Below are positions 11,229 to 20,000 of a stretch of DNA of 20,000 bases, piece after piece. Source of the DNA: Acanthaster planci. Lineage: Eukaryota. The notes beneath the pieces are model-generated. The model was not told the origin of the DNA. It did no database searches and saw nothing but the letters and a program-made list of their open reading frames with translations. Where the stretch lies: positions 4,005,674-4,025,673 of the forward strand of contig NW_019091359.1 in the NCBI RefSeq assembly GCF_001949145.1, in the 5' to 3' direction. Each line of letters opens with the position of its first letter. Positions within the stretch are counted from its first letter, which is position 1. Both the position numbers and the translations under genes were made by a program.

Positions 11229-13334
11229 GTAACAAAAATCAGAGGAAAAATGCAAGTGGTGTGTTCACATTTTTCTGCTCACAACACACTGAAGTCTCTT
11301 GTCCCTGGTCAAAGGTTCACATGATCATTTGTGTTGCATGTTTTTTATTTTTGGTGATTTGAGAGCAATATGTCAAATAAAAAATATGTTTTACCAGTAT
11401 ATGAGCTAGACAGGTTCAATTTCAGCCCAGTGGATACATGTATGTTTTGAGAAAATGTGTCCATAACATCTTTATACAGAACATACTTAATTTACAGTTA
11501 ACAGTATTTTATGGCAATTTCATTTAAGAACTGGATTTGATCACAGGAAGGCTGACTACAGTATCAGAGTCAGCTTTTAAAACATCAATGCCATCTCAGT
11601 GATCATGGTGTTTTACTCTGAATCAGAGGGTGAAATGTTACTGTAATAACACAAATTGATACTTAAATTTGGTCAAATGAGCATTTCAATGACAACAGTA
11701 AATAATCCAGTCTTTACTCAGAGTGTGGTTTTTTTCACATTAACCTGCCATGTTTACTTGGTAAGATTCTCAATGATCGCAGATTATCTTGTGGACCTTT
11801 TTCATTGCCTTGCACCTTGGCATAGTCACTAAGTTTAACTGTTCTACACATGGTTACCCTGTTTGTCTTGGCCTGGCCTTTATGGTCTGATCTTTTTTTT
11901 ATTTATAGTGTTTGTCACTGAATCCTAGGTTTGAAACCTTGTGACACCTCCATGTTTTTTGTAATTGTTTTGTGCCTTTATAAACTTTCTTTTTAATTAA
12001 TTTTCCATTCAAAAATCAACACTACTGTTCCTTAATCACCCACAGGTTAGTACAGAGAGGTACTTATTTTATGTAAACACCAGTCGTTGCCAAGCTATTG
12101 ACAGTTTTAATGAACTAAACTGACTAATACAAAGTGTGTGGCACATCTGGTCAAGTCTTTTCTGTTTTTATTGCACATCTCACATGGTTTGGTCTTGAGG
12201 AAATCGTAAGTACTGTACATAGCCAGTGCTTGACTGTGAAATATTGTATAAATATTTCTCTCCATTTATAATATCAATACTGCATCATGAAATGTACTTC
12301 TGTTTTACATATCAAGGAGGCCAGTTGGAGATTAACTCTCATTTGCGTCCAAACTTTGGGAGGTTGAAACCGTTTGATATCATTGTAACAAACACTAATC
12401 TGATAACAGTGAATCTCTCGTAAAAATTCTCTTATGACACATATTCCTAATGTTTCCTGTACAACTCTCCCTAAAAGCTTTACAAAACCTGTAAACTTTC
12501 AAAGTGGGAGTGAATTAGTACCTCTAAACTGTTGTTGGAGGATGCAAATCAATGCAAGTGTGTACTAAATTGTGAGTAAAGATCAACATTGTGTAACTCC
12601 CACTCCTCAGTAATTACAAAAAGCTCTCAATCATCTGTTTTTATTCATGCTTTCAGAGCTACACCTTGCAAATCTGCCTTATCTAAATGGGGGGGGGCTA
12701 CAATCATTCAATATATATTGGGAATAAACAGGAGTTTGGGATGCATTGTGAATCACTTCTGTTGTAACCTTCAGTTTTGTGTCTCATTGTATTTTTGCTC
12801 TTTTAACGATACCCATCTCCAAACATGAGCAGGTTCTGGCTTTTGTGTGTCGGTAACTAACAAGTTGACTCCCCAACAGAACCAATTTGGCTTAACAGTT
12901 GTGCTGAGATATTAAATTATGCATTGACTTACATGAAATTGGCTTAAATGGTAACAAACATCTTCATCTTGCCACTGGTTAGCCTAATGTAATAACCAAT
13001 TGTCTCCTTCATTGACTTACATGTACCACTGCTGCATAAATTTGAAATGACCAATGAATTAATATCTCTGCTTAACTTGTACTCCTATGAGCCTGTCATA
13101 CAGTATTGGCAGCTCAATAATAAATTATGCCATACATTGTATGGATAAGTTGCCAAGCTACTGGTACTAAGTTTGGTTTGTGATGACCAGTGGTTTACCT
13201 ACATGTAGGTTCATTACAATACAGGAGGGGCCATGTCCCTCCATGTATTTTAATGAACTTGGATCTGCCGTTCATAATAAACATGTAGTAAGCACTGTAT
13301 CTGACCAAATTCCGTAACTTCTGTATCTAACTCT

Positions 13335-13548
13335 AGAAATTAGATGTCCTTTTTTTGTGTCCCTGTCACATCTGACATGATTTTGTAAGTTCAGAACATA
13401 TTTTCCAATTTCGAAGAGTGATGAATTAATGGAAATAACCTGCCAATTAAATAGCAATATTTTGAAATCGATTTCTGTGATATTTCCAAAACAAAGGTCA
13501 GATGTAACTGGAACCCAAAAATGTCACACTTTTTGACTCCTAATTTCT
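13335..13548. mobile_element. Fold-back/MITE-like remnant
   Basis: 13353-13376 vs reverse complement of 13497-13520 match 20/24; outer agaaattag (13335) / ctaatttct (13540). Confidence 0.55.
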
Positions 13549-14070
13549 GGAATAACCCCTGTACCACAGGTGTTACATGTACATGTATGTCTCAGTTATT
13601 CTCTATATACATATACATGTAAGGTCTGTTTTATTCTTCAGTCCTACGACCATGTCGATGTAACACCTCTGTATCAAGTAAAAACGTTTTGTGTGAAATT
13701 TGTGAACTTACTGTAAGTGATGTTCATACACTGACATTCCTTACAAAAGTCTATTTTCTGCTAGAAATTGAATACACTAAGTATAAACAACAAAGCTTGC
13801 TAATGTACAATCACTTTTTCTAAATACTGCAATAGCATCATTGTATTCTGTATTTTGCCACTCTGAATCTTTTGCGTCAGTGAATTAATTTTCAGTAACT
13901 TCTTTGAATTTAGTTTTTTACAATTGTAATTGTATTCTCAATTTAAACTACTATGATGCCATTTTGACAATGATTACCATTTCTAAGAAGCTGAACTCAA
14001 TTTTTTGGGGGGGTTTACTATAACCACCTTAACATCAATGTTCTTTCTTGCCTCATCATTTATCTGTCAG

Positions 14071-14346
14071 ACTGTCGCTCCAGATGATGACAATGACCAC
14101 CCTGATGGAACCATTGCAGCTCCTTCTCTTCCTGGACAGTCTCAAATAGACCAACCCTTGCAAGCCAGCAGGAAGCTTGGAGAGAGAGAACGGACTATGA
14201 TGATGAAGGAGAAAATGGCCAAGAAACGCAAAAATCGCAGGTCAAGCCTGGTGGCTGCACCAGACATGGAATCACTGTCGCAGATGATTAAAGAACAAAA
14301 GGAGGAGACGCCTGCAACCTTAGCTGAAGAACTCACACTGTCCTAA
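14071..14346 (+). CDS. Terminal coding exon G (TVAPDDDNDHPDG...MMMKEKMAKKRKNRRSSL...AEELTLS*)
   Basis: Pyrimidine-rich tract and ctgtcag acceptor; phase 0 matches exon F; 91 codons then TAA at 14344-14346; similar charged composition. Confidence 0.82.
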   Translation, partial: TVAPDDDNDHPDGTIAAPSLPGQSQIDQPLQASRKLGERERTMMMKEKMAKKRKNRRSSLVAAPDMESLSQMIKEQKEETPATLAEELTLS

Positions 14347-15190
14347 AGCAATTTAAGAGTTTCTGTAGTGGAGTTTATTTCAAAATGAAAAGACCCTCAA
14401 GTGGTATTTTAGAAAGATGCACCAATAACTTTTGTTGAAGATTAGGCATTGTTGTTTTAGAGGTTAAGGGTTGTGTTTGATGGAGTTAAAAAAATAACAA
14501 AAATAGAAGAAAATATTAGAAACTTTAGTCACAACAAAATGCCATAAATAGAGTCAGATTAAGAATATTCTATATTTCTTACGGCAACTTTCTATTTGGA
14601 ATACATATATATGTACGCTGGATGTTGCCATGGACTGATATGTGCTACAGCATACTGTGTGCTGCACCTTGACAAACTTGTCCAACTTTTTGTTTCCGCA
14701 AAACAAATAGGAGATAAGCTTGTGTATATTTTTGTTGGGAAGAGATTACTGAAATTCCCTATGAAATTTGTTACATTGAATCATTTTGTGCAAACATCTG
14801 TTCCGCTTGTGTGAATTTGAGTGTTGAAGACATTTTTTCATGCTTGAATCTGTGGTTTCTGTATGATTTTATGTGAAACACTATGTACTCTTGAGCAATT
14901 CTTGGTGCAAATGTTGCTCATTGTACTACTTTTGTTTCAGAACATTTTGCACAGATTTTGCTCCAGATCTAGATCATGTGTGCAACATGCAAATTGGTAA
15001 CAAAACCTGTAAATTGATACAGAAACCAAATCCGGAATTTTATCCCATTAACACTTCCAGAAGCATTTCTTAGGCGCAAGCAACTGTGACACTGAATTTA
15101 TTGTCAAGGATGGAATCACTGCTTTGCTCAATATTGTAGAAACTAAAAATGCCTAAAATTCCTAATTTGATTTAGCGAGTGTCTTAAAAG

Positions 15191-15340
15191 TGGGAACATT
15201 CCATTGAGTACGGTGGCCATCTGTGCTAGACACACTCAGTGTTCCCAATGGAATGCATTCCACCGGAATGGCTACTGCCCCTTGGGAACATTCCTTCGGA
15301 TTGTTCCCATGGAGTAGTTGGAACAGTCCACTGGAACAGG
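15191..15340. repeat. Cluster of TGGGAACA/TGTTCCCA/GGAATG direct and inverted repeats
   Basis: tgggaacattcc at 15191 and 15283; tgttccca at 15240 and 15302; hairpin at 15283-15309. Confidence 0.6.
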
Positions 15341-15590
15341 AAAGAGCATTTTTTACCCAAACCTAATTTTTTCACAAGCTATTCTTAACATGGAGTTCTT
15401 CCTTTTCATTGTAATATATAATTCAACTCAAGACTATAGTACAGACGAACATTATGTATTGCAGATTTATACCAACTACTGTTCATGTACTTGTTTATTT
15501 TAAATAACTTACCTCCAGTTGTGGCACAGATGTCTTCATCAATAATGTATGCTTAATGAGTACAGTGCCCAGATGGGGCGTGATACCTAA

Positions 15591-15723
15591 GCGTTTCATA
15601 ATTGTTGAAGGCGGTATTTATTAGCGGCACCGCTCTAGTTACCCGAAAGGGCTTAATGCTGGTACCGCAAAAATACAGCGGTACCGCAGTAAATGCCGCC
15701 CTCTGTAATTATGAAACGTTCCC
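15591..15723. mobile_element. PIF/Harbinger-like hairpin MITE
   Basis: Imperfect inverted arms of about 42 bp at 15592-15634 and 15677-15718 (outer 12 bp perfect); flanked by TAA and TTA; right terminus reads GGGAACGTTTCATAAT on the minus strand. Confidence 0.65.
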
Positions 15724-16248
15724 TTACAGATATCTCCATCTGGACTGTTCCTGTTCCTAGCAGAACACTCCTATGGGTATGTACATGTAATGTATGCTCC
15801 ACAGAATGATTCCAATAAACAGTTGCCGTTCTGACTTGCACACACACAGTTCAAGAGAAGCGCATGAATGGTCTGATGGAACGATCAAACAAAATAGGCA
15901 CTTTTGGTGTCAGTATAAGCACTTGAAGTTATTCAGATAACTAAATAAATCACGTGTTTGTTAGTTGATTTGTAACAATACACTTATTCGTAAAAGTCAC
16001 TTTCTCCAAATCGTAATTTAAAAGCAAAAAGCATAGCTTTTCTTTCCGCGTACATAAACATGTATATTTCTGTCTTTAAAAATGATACACATAATTATAC
16101 ATGCACGTGGGATTTTTAAACTTTTGAAGGCAAACTTTGTAATTATTCACTTGTCAAGTCTTCTGATTCCATCCTACCCAAAAGTCACTAAATATTGCAA
16201 TTCCTTTGAGTGTGATTCGATTCGCTAAAAAACTTGTTCAACCGTAGT

Positions 16249-16292
16249 GCGCCCTCTAGCCCCATGATGCATAGAGGAGCTGCCGCCATATT
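16249..16292. promoter_or_regulatory. CTCF-like motif plus YY1-like motif
   Basis: gcgccctctag at 16249-16259 (core of GCGCCCTCTAGTGG); gccgccatatt at 16282-16292; motif match only. Confidence 0.3.
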
Positions 16293-16567
16293 CGTTCCCC
16301 TTTTCCTTAGCGTGATTTATTTTGGGACGTGTCATTTTGGCGTCTTTGAGTTCTCGAGTTTTCCGTTTCGGTACATGTTCCTGTGTTACTTTGATCAACT
16401 GTAACGAGTGTACACGCTGATATATATTTCCTACTTGTTTATATCGTAGTTTCTGTGATATTTTCTTCTCTTTCTGTGTGCATTTCATAGGCTCTGTGTT
16501 GAGTTTACGTTGTTCTTACTCCGAATTAATAAATGGTGGTTGTCAATTTTCAAAATATTTAACGATG

Positions 16568-16619
16568 TCCAAGATATTCACAAATTATTCCCAGTCTCCT
16601 TTTAGAAAAACACCCTATA
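16568..16619 (-). repeat. Tc1/mariner-type terminal inverted repeat remnant
   Basis: Ends ...ACACCCTA-TA; related to 10741-10792. Confidence 0.6.
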
Positions 16620-18370
16620 CGGTCAACGGGGCGACCCCGGGATAGTTGGGGGTTCTACGAGGTGGCGCGGCGATTCGTTCCGCAGTTCCAAACTCTCCCC
16701 TTTAAGCCGACAGGAGTCGGTCTGCGAATAATCGAATGCCATTGCACGCTACACTTGTAATTCCGTGCTAACACCTGCTGGCAGAGTCAATCCCTGTCCA
16801 GTCCAGGGTCAGCCATGCCACACTTAAGGGTCTGAGCTATGGAGCGGGCGGTATTCAAACGCTCAGTCCCCTGACCTCCACATTGCACCGCGGTCAACGA
16901 TAGTGCAGGGTGGCACTGCATTCGGGGTGAACTTTTTCCCCGCTAGCTGGTCTGGACGGTACGTACATTTCCACGCGGCCAACTCCCGAAGTGACGACGT
17001 CCAGCAGCGGTCTTCCTACTGGTACAGACAATGCGATTCAAGCCACGCGCCGACCACTTCGACCGTCCCACGCCACGAGCTGCCGCCTTCGGACGACCCT
17101 CCCACCGGCACACACAGGCGTGATTTGAATGCTTCCCTTCCCCGGGCCGACCCCCCGTTGCCTCCCGGGGTGGCCCCTGCAGACTGCACCTGGCTACGCA
17201 GGCTCGAGCGCTCATATCCGCCCACGTCCCAAGCTGCAGAGCCCACCGACCTTCCACGCCGTTGCGGCTTTCGAACTCCATACGTCACGTCGTCTTGCGG
17301 CTACCTGGTGGTGCTCATAAGTGCTTCTGACGCTGCTTCTCCGGCGGGACTTCAGCCCCCATCGACCAAATGCGAACTGCAGTCTGGACAGGCATCCGAC
17401 GCCCCAGCTCTCCAGACTTGGCCCGCTGACCCTGGGACAAGATCACCCATATGCAAGAAGCACATGCATGGGGTCCAAGCACAAGAAGTCTCGCTCTTTA
17501 TCTCGACTAGACGTTTCTTCTGTTGATATCACGACAGCGGTCCGCTGTCTCTCGGAGATGCTGTCTACAATAGCCAGCCGCCTTGAGATTAAACTCCACT
17601 CGTACGGCGACGGCCCCGGATCTCTTGTCTGCAGAACCCTACCCGCATTTACATCTACATCCGCATCCGACTCCGCATCTGGCTCCGTCAATCAGTCCTT
17701 CTCATGATGGTTTTTTACTCTTCAACCTACCTAGGATCGGGTCCCGTATACGATTCACATCTGGCCCCGACCCTCGGCCTCGACACTGCAGGTGACGTCT
17801 CCCCTTCCGCCAAACAGCTTCAAGGCGCCCGTTCCTCGCCAAAGCATCGACTTATTTCCAGTTCTCTAAGGACGACAGAGAACTTTCTCTGCGTCCCTGA
17901 GATGCCCATAACGGCTTAAGACAACTGTCTTCCGATGCTCAGAGATTTACCGGGAAAACCCCTTTCAAAGACAAGGACAAGTCTACCTTCGGAACAAAGC
18001 TTCAAGGTAAGGCCTTCGTTGTACTGCCTCCATGACTCTCCTTTCCGAGCACCTAGGCCGTGCCTGTGAAGAGGACTCAACGGTGACTTCGGACCTGGGG
18101 GTCTTTGCTTTCCAAGTGCTTGACGAGAACGTCAATTCTATCTTCGGGCAGTTTGTTCGGATCTCCTTAGCCACTTCCGTAGGCAGATCCACCGCCTTGG
18201 ACGTCATGAATATTCACTATCAGAGAGTCAAGTCAAGATTGCAGGATCTCCCTCTTTATGGCAAGGACCTCTTTGCCGGAAAAATTCATGGACACGATGG
18301 AGGCCGAAGATTTGCGGACCTCCTAGACCGACAGTAGTAGAAGAGGAGCTGTTCACACCCCGATTGGTGG
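16620..18370 (+). mobile_element. Frameshifted gag-like ORF remnant of a probable DIRS-type (tyrosine recombinase) retrotransposon
   Basis: Abrupt GC/CpG-rich block; Pro/Ser-rich low-complexity N-terminal part; C-terminal KSRLQDLPLYGKDLFAGK (about 18230-18285) resembles the L.DLP..G..LF motif of DIRS1 gag/LAP2alpha-like domains; no RT, RNase H or YR seen. Confidence 0.55.
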
Positions 18371-18387
18371 TGCCCCTCGGAGGGTGT

Positions 18388-18632
18388 GTGCCGGTGGTGC
18401 CGGCACCCTCGCTCCGGAGTGGGATGTGTAAAGTGTCAACCCGAGACGATGTCTCGGGTTGAGTAGAGTCCCGGAGGGACTCAAGCCGAGCCACGTAGTG
18501 GCGAGGTGGACGTTACCTCACGGTAGTGATGAACTGGCTTTAGCCAGTTTGGGAACGAGTGACGAAGTCACGAAGTGGACGCTACAGCCCCGGAGGAACG
18601 GAGGGTCTCCATTTTGAGCTACGAAGTGGAGA
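18388..18632. other. Array of back-to-back short hairpins
   Basis: About nine adjacent stems, including perfect 12-bp tcaacccgagac-gat-gtctcgggttga at 18436-18462. Confidence 0.75.
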
Positions 18633-19033
18633 TTAGGGAGAGGAGGGAGACTGGCGAGAAAACAAATATATAAAATATAATACAGAAAATAGATAAATAC
18701 GAAAATGGCAGGAGAAATAAAGCACGACACATGGTGCCTAAAACTAACCGGGACTCGCCAGAACATCCCTTAAGTGGTCAGTGGGCAATATACAGTTTAA
18801 AAAGTTTTATTGAGCTTCGCAGATCGAGTACAATGAATTAGAGCAAAATTACTGAAATGATTTATCTTTAGGACACTTATAACTAACTAAAGCAAAATGC
18901 AATGTTTACCTGCGCAGGTAAGTAAATTAAAAAAAAATAATAAAAAAAAAATAATTAAAATAATTAATAATAATACTAACAATAAATGAAAACAGTTACG
19001 GTTATTAAGGTAATGTAACAAAGCTCTTGACAT

Positions 19034-19528
19034 TTACTTCACAAAAAACTCTTCGTCATATACTGTTGTCCTGACGTGGGGAAAATGTTTTTGAATGAAA
19101 TCATTAACGAGTAAATCATTGTCTCTCCTATGTGAAGAAAATAACCGCGTAATATTGGTCGTGCTTAATCCCCGGCAACGCTGCAACAGGAAGAACATCG
19201 AATATTGTCCATAAACGGCTGACAGCGGCCCTTGCAGAACTCGATGGTTGTAGCGTACGCGCGTCACATTTTTCTTGAGAAATTTTTAACTTGAGGGAGC
19301 TTCGCCGGTTGCCCGTAGGAGTCGAAGTACTCGCCTTCGCCATCTCTGGTGATATAAACGCCAATCCAGTGTTGACCTCCTTTTGTAGACGGGTCCGTGT
19401 TGAAGAACACAGCGCTTGGTCGGGGAACGTAGTGCCCGGGAAAGCTGATCGCATGCAAAGACCCCTCTAAAATGATGCTTGGTGAAACGGTCGTTTCTCA
19501 AAATCCTGCTGATTTCTTGGGTGTCCAT
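19034..19528 (-). pseudogene. Polinton/Maverick (adintovirus) adenain-like cysteine protease, disrupted
   Basis: Three ORFs join to about 164 aa: FRGVFACDQL/P..VFFNTDPSTKGGQHWIGVYI..EYFDSYG..YNHRVLQGPLSAVYGQYSMFFL..NDLLV; +1 indel at about 19441, -1 indel at about 19279; expected catalytic Cys codon reads TAT (19211-19213); minus-strand AATAAA at 18806-18811. Confidence 0.9.
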
Positions 19529-19932
19529 GACTGGCAGGTGACTTAATGCATAGGGCCTTAGCGCCAGTTTTTCAAAGTATAAAGTTTGTACATAACCTAT
19601 GGGAAAGACTTAAATCGGCTTTAACTGTTGAACCGCGACCCCAATGCGAACCAAATTTATACGAAAGAAAGAGTATCTGCTTGTGATCGTGTACGTAGAA
19701 GTATGACGTCTGAGGTTTATTTGTTGAGTTGTTATAAAGGATTTTCATGTGCCGTTTCCGGATATGTACAAAACATATGGGTGTGTACAAAAGGCAGGGG
19801 GATTTGTCAAGAAGACAAAGTACAATGCAGAAAAAAGGTCACTTTGGACCTATCAGAAAATGATCAGACGGCTGAAGTACGTGTAAAAAAGCATGTTTAT
19901 TGTTACTTTTTGGGCTAGTTCTACCCGAAAAG

Positions 19933-20000
19933 TTAGGGTTAAGGGGGTTAGGGTTAAAGGGGTTAGTGTTAGGGGGTTAGGGTTAGTGTTAGGGTTAGGG
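19933..20000 (+). repeat. Degenerate telomeric (TTAGGG)n repeats, truncated by the window edge
   Basis: ttaggg units mixed with ttaagg, ttagtg and ttaggggg variants; G-rich strand runs 5'->3' toward the window end. Confidence 0.8.

Noticed and set aside
16943..18494. Minus-strand ORFs in the GC-rich block
   Set aside because: Antisense shadows of a GC-rich, stop-poor region; no motifs recognised
18388..18632. CRISPR-like or attC-like reading of the hairpin array
   Set aside because: The stems differ in sequence, there is no repeat-spacer periodicity, and the context is eukaryotic with no cas or integrase gene
19572..19918. ORFs between the protease and the telomeric repeats
   Set aside because: No recognisable Polinton capsid, ATPase or integrase motifs

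Overview
AT-rich animal genomic DNA. The TTAGGG-type repeats, strong TACATGTA enrichment and transposon content suggest a marine invertebrate (inference). About 1-14.4 kb is the 3' part of a spliced + strand gene. It has seven phase-compatible GT-AG exons (about 387 aa, start upstream of the window) encoding an unrecognised charged helical/coiled-coil protein with an internal duplication. There is also a candidate 6-nt microexon and a candidate stop-containing alternative exon. The introns hold decayed transposons: a mariner transposase split by a 5'-truncated Rex1/Babar LINE, a piggyBac-like MITE and other remnants. From about 15.6 kb the sequence becomes CpG-rich and mobile-element derived. 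In order, it carries a Harbinger-like MITE, a Tc1/mariner TIR, a frameshifted DIRS-like gag remnant, a dense array of back-to-back hairpins, a disrupted Polinton/adintovirus adenain-like protease gene, and degenerate (TTAGGG)n running off the window end. No complete new system is demonstrable. The best leads are the Polinton-protease/telomere-repeat junction, the hairpin array and the stop-containing exon. All family calls come from motif recognition by eye, not database searches.
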